From the human T2T-CHM13v2.0 reference genome, Homo sapiens, in the NCBI RefSeq assembly GCF_009914755.1, contig NC_060947.1: 64,000 bases of DNA. The stretch is one strand, 5' to 3'. Every line of letters begins with the position of its first letter. Positions within the stretch are counted from its first letter, which is position 1. Of the stretch, positions 26,923 to 55,481 are shown in pieces. The notes below the pieces were generated by a model. The model made no database searches and was not told the DNA's origin. It saw only the letters and a program-made list of their open reading frames with translations. Both the position numbers and the translations under genes were made by a program.

Positions 26923-27613
26923 TGAGATGCAGTCTCAGTCTGTCACCTAGGCTGGAGTGCAGTGGCGTAATCACAGCTCACTGCAGCCTTGACCTCCCGA
27001 ACTCAAGTGATCCTCCCGCCTCAGCCTCCTAGTAGAAAACAGGACACAATTGAGAATAATCTATCAATCAATAAACTGACCCAGAGCTGACACAAATGTT
27101 AAAATTAGCAGACAAGGATATTAAAAGTTATTGTACCTATTGCATATGCTCACAAAGTTAGTAGAGACATGGGAAATGTTTGTAAAAGACCCAAATCAAC
27201 TTTATAAGACTTCTACTTCTGGGAAAATGAGGTAGATGCGTTTTTCCCCGTTCCTCCCACTAAGTATAACTAAAAATCCTGGATTGATGTTTCTAAAACA
27301 AACAGAAGATTCTGGGCTGAGCGCAGTGGCTCACGCCTGTAATCCCTGCACTTTGGGAGGCTGAGGCAGGTGGATCACCTGGGGTCAGGAGTTTGAGACC
27401 AGCCTGGCCAACATGGCAAAACCCCATCTCTACTAAATATACAAAAATTAGCCAGGTGTGGTGGCAGGTGCCTGTAATCCCAGATACTTAGGAGGCTGAG
27501 ACAGGGAGAATCGCTTGAACCCGGGAGGTGGAGGTTGCAGTGAGCCAAGATCATACCACTGCACTCCAGCTTGGGCAATGGAGTGAGACTCCATCTCAAA
27601 AAGAATAAAGTAA

Positions 27614-28818
<1,205 letters not shown>

Positions 28819-28819
28819 T

Positions 28820-28968
28820 AATATATATGTGTGTATATATATGTATATATGTATATGTATATATGTATATATAGTATATATGTGTATACATGTATGTATA
28901 TATGTATATATGTGTGTATATATGTATATATGTGTGTATATATGTATATATACGTGTGTACATATATG
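28820..28968. repeat. (TA)n/(TATG)n compound microsatellite
   Basis: Directly visible. Confidence 0.95.
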
Positions 28969-29133
28969 TTTAATTAACTGAATGCTTGCCACAATCTTCG
29001 TCTTATAAGGACATCAGTCCTATTGGATTAGGGCTCCACCCTTTTAACCTAATTTAACCCTAATTATCTCCTTCTCTTTCAGTCACATTGAGGGTTAGGG
29101 CTTCAACATATGAATTTGGGAGGGCACAATTCA

Positions 29134-29526
<393 letters not shown>

Positions 29527-29823
29527 CTAATGTACACACCTTCACAATTGTGTGCTCACCATCAAAATGAGGAGGGCCAAGGGAGGGTCTCCACCAGATG
29601 GATTCATTCACTTTATAGAAGGATCTGGGGAAGAGGAAGTCAGAGTGGATGCTGGTACAATATACAGTTTCCTCCCACAACATCTCATCTTTCTGTTTTT
29701 CCCTACCTGATGCAGTAGTCTCAGGACCAGAACTGCAACTGTAGCTTCCAGAAGCAGGGATGAGCCCTAAGCAAGAAACTTTAACTGTACTTTTACATGT
29801 TTATGTCAGAATTCCTAAGGGCT

Positions 29824-30701
<878 letters not shown>

Positions 30702-31115
30702 GGGCCTAACATGATAGACTGCGCCTTCACCTCATCTGGCAAATTAGGGTAAACAGTGAATGCATGCAGCTGTGTTACCTAGTGATTGAGGTAGCCCGCT
30801 AGTTCCACACCTATGTAACTATACCCTACATGGATGGGGGTAGACCGAGGCAGAAGCATTTGCTAGACTGGTATTGCTGCTGATAATCTAGACTAGCACA
30901 GAGGCTGAACCTAATGTCCCTTCCAAAGGTGGAAAAGTTGGGTCAAATTCAGCCATAAATGGAGAGAAAGAGGAATGGTACCTGAGAGTAAAAGAATGAA
31001 GAAATGTGTTGTGCAATAAGGAAAAGTCATTACACTGATGCCCTGAAAGAGGCCGAGAACAAGAGGTGACTTTATTTATTGGCTCAATTATACCGGATAT
31101 CTGAAAGAATTAAGT

Positions 31116-31803
<688 letters not shown>

Positions 31804-32081
31804 CTAACAAGGTCGATGCCTGTAAACCTCAGTGGCATTGCTCTGGGAGATGAACTGGACCAATTGTTAAGGGAACTCCAGTAATGTGCCAGTATCTTTT
31901 GACTCTTACTCTGCAGGTTACATTTACTACCATAGCATGATATAATGTAACACTGGCATTGTTGCTAAGATTATAATGTCTATATTGATGGTCAAACATA
32001 TTGGTAAATTGAGTTAAAGCCTTTTCAAGATATAATACTAATAGAAAATGACTGCCTTGTGGAAAAACTGGTTTTGGCTAA

Positions 32082-32318
<237 letters not shown>

Positions 32319-32482
32319 TGACCAGACTGGTCTCAAACTCCTGATCTCAGGTAATCTGCCCGCCTCGGCCTCCCAAAGTGCTGAGATTACAGGCGTGAGC
32401 CACCACGCCCAGCCTGCTAAATAGTTTTGTACAAGTTTACATAAGATACAAATAGAGGGAGATCAAAGAGGAAGAATAATCA

Positions 32483-33950
<1,468 letters not shown>

Positions 33951-33954
33951 TTGC

Positions 33955-37701
<3,747 letters not shown>

Positions 37702-38611
37702 TTACATAAATGAGGTCTTGCTGCGCATACTATTCTGTAATTTGGTTTTTCCTCCCGGCAATGTTTCTTCATTAGTGTCACCGTGCGCCCCTGCCGTATG
37801 GATGTGCCCCAGTTTCTCAACCAATACCCAAGTTATGCATTCAGGATGTTTCTGGTTCTTCTCTACTACACACTAAACACTTTATTTTCTTATTCTTCTG
37901 GTATAAGGTATGCCACACCATTCTCATCTTCTAGTGACCAAGGAGGAGTCTCGGCTCAGAGAGGAGTAGGACAGACCAGGGTCGCTCAGCAGAACCCTAG
38001 CAGGCAGGAACCTGACCCGGCCAGAGACATGCCTGCTTGGAGCTGAGCGGGTGGCGAGGCAGGCAGGGGCCAGCAGGAGCATCTGCCTGGGACAGAGTGG
38101 CCGTGAGGAGTGCGGGGGCAACCTGGCACTTCCCTACCCTATGCAATCCCTTTGCCTTCAGCATGGGGACACTGACACCTACACCCAACCTCTTTTGCCC
38201 ATTTTTAAACTGGGTTGTTTGTCTTCTTTTTGAATTCTTTTAATTAGAGATGAGGTCTCCCTAATGTTGCCCAGGCTGGTCTCCATCTCCTGGGCTCAAG
38301 TGATTCTCCTGCCTTGGCCTCCCAAAGTGCTGGGATTACAGCGTGAGCCACGGTGCCCAGCCTGAGTTGTGTTCTTTATACATTCTGGATACAAGCCCTT
38401 TATCAGATACATGATTTGCCAGTGTTTTCTCCCAGTCTGCATTTTTTTTTTTTTTTTTTTTTTTGAGACAAGGTCTCACTCTGTCACCCAGGCTGGAGTG
38501 CAGTGGTGTGATCATAGCTTAATGCAGCCTTGAACTCCTGGGCTCAAGCGATCCTCCCGTCTTGGCTTCCCCGAGTGCTGGGATTACAGGTGTGAGCCAC
38601 CACACCTGGCC

Positions 38612-39740
38612 ACATTTTGCTTTAATGTCTTCTATAGAACTAGGTCCTTTCAATGTTTTAGGAGGTTTTTTCCTGTTTTTGAAAGGATTCTTGACTTCTG
38701 ATCTTGGTGTTGATGGTAGTGAGTCATTTTCATCTCGTTTGATTTTTGTGTATTTTTGGCTGGAGTGCCTCGTATAGATTTCTCCACTGGGGCTTTTTCT
38801 TCAGTTTCCTCATTATGTTCACCATCTTCATCATCTTCCTCATCATATTCATCTTCATCAGTAGCAAGTTTTAGTTTATGTGGATACTTGCTGCTGCTTC
38901 CAGGGGCAGATTGCTTTCCAGATAGACTTAGGGATTTGGCATCCTCCTCTTCATCTGACTCCTCCACAGCTTCTAAGTGCTACTAATATGCATAGGCCCT
39001 AAACCACACTTCAATTGTAAGACAATAGCCAGTGTTATTTCCAAGCCCACAAGAGAAGCTTTTGGCTGTACAAACATTTGCAAAGTTGCCAGTGTTACTT
39101 TTTTTTTTTTTTTTTAGAGACAGTCTTGCTCTGCCGCCCAGACTGGAGTGCAGTGGCGCGACCTTGGCTCACTGCAGTGGCATGACCTTGGCTCACTACA
39201 ACCTCTGACTCCCAGGTTCAAGCGATTCTCCCACCTCAGCCTCCCGAATAGCTGGGATTACAGTCACCCGCCACTACGCCTGGCTAATTTTTGTATTATT
39301 AGTAGAGATGGGTTTCACCATGTTGGCCAGGCTGGTCTTGAACTCCTCACCTCAGGGGATCCATCTGCCTCGGCCTTCCAAAGTGCTGGGATTACAGGCG
39401 TGAGCCATTGTGCCTGGCCAACCAGTGTTACTTTTAATTGGACTGCTTTCATATCCATTGCCTCTGCTTCAGCAACGTGCAATTCACCCTTTGCACCCGC
39501 CCCTAAACTGTCCTTTCTGAAAGATAACTGGTGCTCATTTTCATCATTATCCACTTTAAAGTGATCAATCTTTGTCTGCCTTTAGTTTGCAACCAAAAAG
39601 ATACTTCTGGGAGCTCAGGGGGCTCATATCCATGTCCACTGAATCTTCCATGGGGTGGTGGCATGCACTTAGATAGGAGGGAAGGTGGATGGAGCTAAAC
39701 GACTACTGTTCCAGAGAACAGTCACACAGAATCACATTGG
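38612..39740 (-). pseudogene. Nucleophosmin (NPM1) processed pseudogene, Alu-interrupted and 3'-truncated (possibly the locus named NPM1P49)
   Basis: Intronless NPM1-like sequence on the minus strand: 5'UTR, ATG at 39651 ([12 protein letters not shown]), [27 protein letters not shown], acidic tracts, [36 protein letters not shown]. Carries indels and an Alu insertion at ~39098-39420. Confidence 0.93.
39098..39420 (-). mobile_element. AluS inserted in the NPM1 pseudogene
   Basis: TSD ccagtgttactttt on both sides at a TT/AAAA L1-endonuclease site. Confidence 0.92.
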
Positions 39741-40069
39741 TGCAAGCTACTTTGATTCAATTTTGAAGGTTGGCCGGGTGCACACACCTGTAATTCCAGC
39801 ACTTTGGGAGGCTGAAACAGGTGGATTGCTTGAGCTCAGGAATTCAGACCAGCCTGGACAACATGGTGAAACCCTGTCTCTACAAAAAATACGAAAATCA
39901 GCTGAGTGTGGTTGCATGCGCCTGTGGTCCCAGCTACTTGGGAGGCTGAGGTGGATTACTTGAACCCAGGAGGTTGAGGCTGCAGTAAGCCTAGTGATCA
40001 CCCCACTGCACTCCAGCCTGAGCAACAGAAGGAGATCCTGTCTCAAAAAAAAAAATTCAAACGGCCTTG

Positions 40070-44225
<4,156 letters not shown>

Positions 44226-44544
44226 CTGGACAAGTGATGGTTTTTCTTTTTTAAGAGACTGGGTCTCACTCTGTTACCCAGGCTGGAGTGCAGTGGTGTG
44301 GATCATAGCTCCCTGCAGCCTCTAGCTCCTGGGCTCAAGCAATCCTCCCACCCCAGCCTTCTGAGTAACTGGGACTATAGGCATGCACCACTACCCCTGG
44401 GTAATTTAAAAAGAATTTTTTTAGAGACAGGATCTTGCCATGTTGCCCAAGCTGGTCTTGAACTCCTGGCCTCAAGTGATCCCCCCATGTCAGCCTTGCA
44501 AAACACTGGGATTACAGGGCATGAGCCACCATGTCTGGCCTGGA

Positions 44545-46035
44545 CAAGTGACTTTTGACAAAAGTCAAAATATTGAGAAAGGGTAGTATTTTTAAACAAA
44601 TGGTGTGGAAACATTTGAATATCCATAAGCAAAAACAAAACAAAACAAAACAAAAACATAAAAGAACTTGGATCCATATTTCACACCATATAACTCAAAA
44701 TACATGCTAGATCTAGATGTAAAACTTAAACCTTTAGAAGAAAACACAGGAAAAAATCATTGTAATCTTTGGTTAGGCAAGGATTTCTTAGATACAGCAC
44801 TCAAAGCACAACCCAGAAATGAACAAATGGAAAGAACGGACTTCATCAAAATAAGCAGTTCTGTTCTTCAAAAGACACTCTTAAGAGAATGAAAAGACAA
44901 TCCAGAGACTGGGAGAAAACCTTTGCAAGGATAATGGACTGATAGTGAAGTTACACCCAGAATATATTTTTAAAAACTATCAGTGCTCAACAATAAAAAA
45001 ACCCAAATAACCCAACTGATAATGGGCAAAAGATTTAAACAGACACTTCATCAAAGATTCTCAATAAAAGATGATCAATATTATTAATCATTAGGGCAGT
45101 GTAAATTAATATCACAATATAACTTCACATGTACTAGGATAGCTATAATAAAAAAGACTAATAATAATAAGAGTTGGTAAGGATGTGGAGAAACCGGAAA
45201 CCTCATACATTGATAGAATGTAAAATGGTGCAGTCATGTGAGGAACAGGCCTAGGTCTCAGGTCTCAGCCATCACTCATCTATCCTGGGGAGATACTACA
45301 ATGGTTTGGAGGACAAGAAAATAAAACCGAAAACTAAAACTGACATATCACTATATGCCCACCACTAATGGCTATAGTAAAAAAGATGGAAAATGCCAAA
45401 TGTTGGCAAGTATGTGGAGCACTAGAACTCGCATACTGGGTTGGTGGGAGTGTACATTGGTACAACCACTTGAAAACTGGTTTTATAACATATAGCTGAA
45501 CATATGGATACACTTAGGTACATACCTAACAGGAATACATACATATGTTCACCAATACACAGCAACACAATTCCTAATAGCCCAAGCTGCAAACAACCCA
45601 AATGTCTACAAACAGTAGAATGGATAAATTATATTGCAGCATATTCACAGAATGGGATACAACATGACAATGAAAATGAATTATCTACAACTATATGCAA
45701 CATATGGATGACTCTCACATACATAATGTGAATGACAGAAGACAGATGCTAAAGAGTATATGGCTCAATTATATGATATATAATTGACTCAATTTATATA
45801 AAATACAAAACAGGCAAAATGAATCTATGCTGTGAGAAGCCAGGATAATGTATACCCTTGGGGGCTTGCCTGGAAGGGAAAGTGGGGAAGGCTTCTGGGG
45901 TGCTGGTCATGTTCTGTTTCTTGATCTGAGTATGTTCAGTTTTTGAGAATGCACTGAGCTGTATGTTTATGATATATGCATTTTCTGTATACATTATAGT
46001 TTAATAAAAAGATTTTAAAATAAAATAAAAATACA
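44545..46035 (+). mobile_element. Old L1 (L1MB/ME-type) 3' fragments
   Basis: aaacctttagaagaaaacacagg, gactgggagaaaa, aaacaacccaaatgtc..acagtagaatggataaat. Confidence 0.8.
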
Positions 46036-47309
46036 ATTGCATGCTAGAAAGAAAGTTCCTTTTTATGAGTATTGTAAAAAATGTTTAAGGGAAAATGAGA
46101 ACGTGTCTATATATCAGTGTTAAAAAAGAGCAGTGCTCTTTCTTGAGAAGTCTTCCAGTTATTCAACTATGATAAACTGTAATTATGTCTTAGAATAACT
46201 AATTGCAATGCAACATGACTTTATCACATAGCAGTCTACACAAAACTACCCTTAATGTGCATGTAGGAAATGAATATACCTTAACCAAATAGGAAGAAAA
46301 ACAAAATATTAGGAAGTGAAACTCAATTTTTCAACCATTCTTTTTCAGGAAATCCCAAGGAAAGCAGGGGTGTTGGTGGGTTAGCCTGAAAATCTAGAGT
46401 GCCGTGGATCAGTTCCATTGTCGTAGGGTCAGTTACTGAGGGAATCAGGAATCTATGGCCTGCAGCTTATGCAAATGACAGCTTTGGGGACATAGGTTAG
46501 AAGGCATGCATACTTCTTATAGGGTATGACTCATCTGCTCTCCCAGCAGGGAATTAATAATGAGACAACTACTACCTTTATATGTCTGTATCATTCAATG
46601 ACTATATTTCTGTAACATAGCCTAGAGCTAGGCCTAATTTCTCAATTCATAAAGTTATATCTTTAAATTTAAAAATTCCATTGCACTTAAAATATATATA
46701 CCATGAGGACTTCCCAAGGGAAAAGAAAAAAGTTTTTCATGGAAATCTTTTCTATGTCTTAAGTGCCAATGATCACAAAAACAGATATCTGCATTCCCAA
46801 GTAGGTTTTCTGCCTTGATGTCAGTGCCCTGCCAGTGTTTGGACAATGAAAACTCTTCTCCTCAACCTAGAAATTTGAAAAAGTTTTTCCCAGTAGTGAG
46901 TATTTTTATGTCCCAGGATATGCTGAACCAATCAGTACTGAATTTAAAAAGTTCTTTATCCAAAAAGTGAAGCATAAGAGATGACGAGTCATCTCCTCAG
47001 GTCTTAATTCTACTATTTCCAGGAGCTCAAGAGGTCTGTATGAATCATGTCACCAAACATGACTTTCGCTCAAATGCTTTCTCTAAAGGCTCTTCCTATG
47101 CATAGAATTGCATATACACTGTGGTGATGCAGGAACTTGTCTTTCCAGTGGACTGAAGGATACTTGGCTCTGTTTGCCTTCAGTTCACTCAAGCCTCAGT
47201 CTCTCATACCCATTTCCCCCTGTACAATGATTGCAGCAACAGGCCTTCCTCCTCCCTGCTATTAGATACCTGATGCATACCCAGTTGTGATTTCCAGGTG
47301 AAGACTTTC

Positions 47310-49354
47310 TCAGTCACTGGCTTTATAGCGTTTTTCTCCACTATGCATTTTCTGGTGTTTAATGAGATTCGATCTGTCAGTAAAGGCCTTCTGACATTCT
47401 GTACAAGCATAAGGTTTCTTTCCTGTATGAATTATCTGATGCATACTTAGTGTGGCTTTCTGGATGAAAGCTTTCCCACATTTACTACATTCATAGTGTC
47501 TTTCTCCAGTATGAGACTTCTGATGTATATTGAGGCGTGACTTCCAGGTGAAGGTTTTCCCGCAGTCACCACATTCATAGGGTTTCTCCCTAGTGTGGAT
47601 TTTCTGATGTGTTATGAGATTTGATCGGTCAGTGAAGGCCTTTCCACATTCAGCACATATATTGGGCTTCTCACCTGTGTGGATTTTCTGATGCACACGG
47701 AGTTGTGACTTCTTAGTGAAGCATTTCCCACAGTCGCTGCATTCATAAGGCTTCTCTCCAGTATGGATTCTATGATGCGCAATGAAGTGCGATTTCTGGA
47801 TAAAGGCCTTCCCGCATTCAGGACAAACGTACGGTTTCTCTCCTGTATGGATTCTCTGATGCACGCTTAGTGTTGATTTCTGGATGAAGGCTTTCCCGCA
47901 GTCCTTGCATTCATAGTGTCTCTCTCCAATATGAGATTTCTGATGTATTTTGAGGCGCGACTTCCATATGAAGGCTTTTCCACAGCCATTGCACTTATAG
48001 GGTTTCTCTCCAGTGTGAGTTTTCTGGTGTTTAATGAGATTTGACTGGTCAGTAAAAGCCTTTCCACATTCAGCACACATATAGGGTTTTTCCCCAGTAT
48101 GAGTTTTCTGATGTGTGGTGAGGTTTGTCCTGTGAGTGAAGACCTTTCCACATTCTGTACATATATAGGGTTTCTCTCCGGTGTGAATTCTTTGATGCAC
48201 ATGGAGTTGTGACTTCTTAGTGAAGGATTTCCCACAGTCACTGCATTCATACGGCTTTTCTCCAGTATGAATTCTCTGATGTGTGTTGAAATGTGATTTC
48301 TGGATGAAGGCCTTCCCACAGTCAGCGCATACATAAGGTTTCTCTCCCGTGTGGATTCTCTGATGCATCCTGAGTGCTGATTTTCTTGTGAAAGCCTTCC
48401 CACATTCATTGCATTCATAGTGTTTCTCTCCGGTATGAGTTTTCTGATGTATACTGAGGTCTGAGTTCTGGGAGAAGCCTTTTCCACATTCACTGCATTC
48501 ATAAGGTTTTTCTCCTGTATGAATTCTCAGATGTCTAAAGAGGTCTGATCTCTGGAAAAAGGCTTTTCCACATTCACTGCATTTGTAGGGTTTCTGCCCG
48601 GTATGAATTTTTTGATGTGTAATGAGGTTTGATTTGAGGGTAAAGACTTTCCCACATTGAGTACACAGATAGGGTTTTTCTCCTGTATAAACACTTGGAT
48701 GTACATCAACCTGGGGTTTCTGGGGGAAGACTTTGTTGCTTTTGTCACATTCACGGGACTTTTCTCCAGCATGAATTCTCTGATGCTCAAACAGATGTGA
48801 CTTCTGAGTGAAGCCCATTACACATTCAGTACACACATAAAGCTTCTCCTCAGGATGAATTTTCTGATGGTGGGTGGGAGCTTGTTTGTGGCTGAGATGT
48901 TTTTCATAGTGGTCATGTTCACAGGAATTTGCTCCTGTTTTAGCATTCTCATTCTTAGTAGAGGAAGGGCTATGGGGGAAATTGTTACCATTTCCAAAAA
49001 TCTTGCCAAGGTTCTTTGTTGCACTGTTTCTATTATGATTATGTGAGTTTAAAGTATGCTTCAAAATTGTGTCACAGTTATGGAGTCTTTTAATTGAAGG
49101 AACAAGCTTGGTAGTCACATGAATTATTTTTTCAATGTTTTTATGTTCATAGCCCCTCTCCTTAATCAATACTTTCACATGACTTAAAAGGTTATTCTGG
49201 TTTTCCTGACGTTGCTCTAGCTGGTCATTATCTTGCCACAGTTCTTCTAAAATAGAACATAATGAATCTTCTCCTATGGGTTGATCAAATCTCTCACAGT
49301 GGAAGAAAATTCCTCCAGGAATTCCCTGTTGCTGCATTTTCCCAATAGCCTCAC
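47310..49354 (-). CDS. ZNF41: ZNF41 terminal coding exon: long spacer plus 17 intact (and 2 degenerate) C2H2 fingers
   Basis: Minus-strand acceptor ttctttttag|GT GAG GCT ATT GGG AAA ATG is in frame with ORF 47310..49337 ([15 protein letters not shown]...KRYKASD*). Sequence recognised as ZNF41. Confidence 0.96.
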
Positions 49355-49479
49355 CTAAAAAGAAAATGAAAGAAATGAAAACGACACAAAGAACAATCAG
49401 CAGAGGCTAGAGGGGACATGTAGTTCAGACAGGATGAACACAGATAAATGGAAGAGCCCATAGGACAATATAGTAGTAA

Positions 49480-49745
49480 TAATGTAGCAACACAACATTC
49501 TTATAGAACACTTAATAAATGCAAAACAACTGTATACCATTTATGATGCACAGAGACTGTTACAAGTGCTTTACATGAAACAGCTCATTTAACTAACCCT
49601 ATGAGGTAGCTAAACCCTATGAGGTAGCTACGATTATCATTTGTTTTACAATTTAGAAAACAGAGGCACAGAGAAGTCATGCAACTTGCTGAATATCGAA
49701 TAGCTAAATAAGTGGGAGAGATGGGATTTGAACTCTGGGAGTCCA
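49480..49745 (-). mobile_element. MIR
   Basis: accctatgaggtag..ttttaca..gaaaacagaggcacagagaagt..gggatttgaactc; 18-bp tandem duplication taaaccctatgaggtagc. Confidence 0.8.
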
Positions 49746-50046
49746 GCTCCACTATGTAAGAGGCCTGGATTGTGAGTAGAGTAACCAGAAGAAACTGCAG
49801 CCTGTGAGGGGAAGCTTGGCATGGAAGAAATATTTCAGAATTTATGTTCTTAATACATATCAGCTCCACCACTTTACTAAGCTCTCTGCTTCTTCTTGCT
49901 TTTCCCTCTATACCATTATGAGTGGAGCCCTTCAAATTTAATGTTAATTTGAACATTAAATCTATATGCCTCAAACACCAATTCCTTTATATCTATAGGA
50001 AAACTAGTTGCAACATGCCATCCTGACATAGACAAACAGTAAATAG

Positions 50047-50860
<814 letters not shown>

Positions 50861-51217
50861 GCATATCCAAAATGTATTGTCTTTCTAAATATTAGCTCTA
50901 ATTTTGGTATACCTCTAGGGAGCTTATGTTTGCTATGAATTTGTAAAGCAGACACTGTACCATTCATATTGATACTCAGTTTGGCACAGTTTTATAACAG
51001 AAAGGACAAATACACAAAGGGTGAGAGTGTTAACATTTCATGCAGTCATCTTCCCTTTCCAAATATAATGTATGTTCCTTTGAATTCCTCTGAGCAGACA
51101 CTTGAAAATTTCATCTGAAAGAGGAAAAATCTCCTCCTCTGCCTATATCCCCAAATTCAATAAATTCATTTACTAAATATTTTCTACATGCTCCACTTCA
51201 GGAAACTGAAGAATAAG

Positions 51218-52848
<1,631 letters not shown>

Positions 52849-53845
52849 TACAAGAAATAGGCTCTTCATGTATACATATTTCAAAACATCATGTTGTACA
52901 TGATAAATACATACAATTCTTATGTGTCAAATTAATAGATTTTTCTATAAAAAGAAATAGGCTCTTTTTTCTTAAATTATTTTTTTGAAATAGAGATGGA
53001 ATCTTGTTGTGTTGCCCAGGCTGGTCTTGAACTCCTGGCCTCAAGTGATCCTCCCGCCTCGGCCTTCCAAAGTTCTGGGTTTACAGACATGAGCTACCAC
53101 ACTCAGCCTGAAACAGGCTCTTAATTCCGGAGACTTTCTAAAAACATAGAGGTAAAAGCCTCAGTTACCCTATACACTAAAATCCTGTGATTTTCTCAGA
53201 ATTCTTGTGGGATGGAGGATGAGAAAAAGGAAAGAGCCATACAGACTAGAATAATTAAAAGCCATTTTGTGAGACAGGTGAGAACTGATCACAAGGTGGA
53301 AAATGTCTCATCTGAATAGACAGAGCACAGAATAAACAGATTCAGGGAGGACTATCAGATATGGTCAACATTAAGAAAATATTAAAAATGGAGTTGAGCA
53401 GAGGTTACAGAAAATATACAGATACGAGTTGAACTGGAAATATGTGGCCATGTTGTTTATTTCTTTGAAAGAAGAGTTTAATTGTCATATACTAGGTAAT
53501 GGAGAACAATTGTAGGTTTGTTTCATAATGCTCATGACAAGAGAAATAGAATGTTTTAGGTAAAGATATCTGTCATTAGCATTTAATATGAACTAGTAAA
53601 AACAATGGAATCAGCAAATAAAATCAGGAATAGAATAATTACAATTCAGGCAGCAGAAAATATGGAGCTGGCCGGGCGCGGTGGGTCACACCTATAATCC
53701 CAGCACTTTGGGAGGCTGAGGCAGGCAGATCACTTGAGGTCAGGAGATCGAGACCAGCCTGGCCAACATGGCAAAACCCCATCTCTACTAAATATACAAG
53801 AATTAGCAGAGTATGGTGGTGCACATCTGTAATCCCAGCTACTCA

Positions 53846-53998
<153 letters not shown>

Positions 53999-54843
53999 CT
54001 AGGGAAACCTTGCTTATGGGGAAAATGAGGAAGAGAAGGCTGAAAAAGGGGCAAATAATAAATGGGATGCAGATCAGTAAGAAACAGACAATTGAGGAGG
54101 CACAATTGAAACCAGGGCAATGTTATGAACAAGGTAATTCATAGGAGGGAAGCTCAAAGAGGTATCAGGTAAATCATGAAATGTCCAAATTAAAAATTAG
54201 ATACCCTACTGTTGCATCACGAGGTTAAAAAAAAAACAGAGAGCTACCCCTTTATACCCACTATTGACCAAAAAATGAGAAACTCTGGTACTACTAATTG
54301 TTAGCAGAAACACTGGGGAAGCCAGAACACTTGTACAGTGCAGCTAATCTGAGAATAATATGGTGGTACTCAGTCCTATTCTGGATGAGGTACTCCATGA
54401 TTAGGTGCAAATCCTCTCTTCTCTACACATCCCTGAGAAATTCTCATACCCTGTAAGGAAACATTTATGTAGAAGTTGATTGCAGAATTGTTTGTATTAG
54501 ATGGGACTTGGACACAATGATCAGCCTCCATGACTAGGTGAGTGGTTAAGTATGATGTGGTGCTGGGGACATTGTGAAATACTATGTAGCAATTTGAAGA
54601 ACAAAGCCAGACAAACACACTAAAATATGGAGAGACCATAGGAATGAGTGAAAAAAAAAGGAACAGAATTGAGAAACATAGTACAATATGTTTAATATAT
54701 AATAAAAATACATACTCATAAACCAATACTTCAGGCTTTAAGAGAATATCACACAATTTCAAGGTTCAAACACATTAGATCAGCTGCCCATGGGAGGAGG
54801 CATAAAGAATGGATATGGAGAATTGGAATAAAAGAAAAGACCT

Positions 54844-55481
<638 letters not shown>

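Noticed and set aside
38650-38986. Acidic 105-aa ORF and Ser-rich antisense ORF
   Set aside because: Fragments of the disrupted NPM1 retrocopy.
47867-48790. Long alternative-frame ORFs overlapping ZNF41 (and similar ones over ZNF157)
   Set aside because: Expected by-product of repeated C2H2 codon patterns; no independent support.
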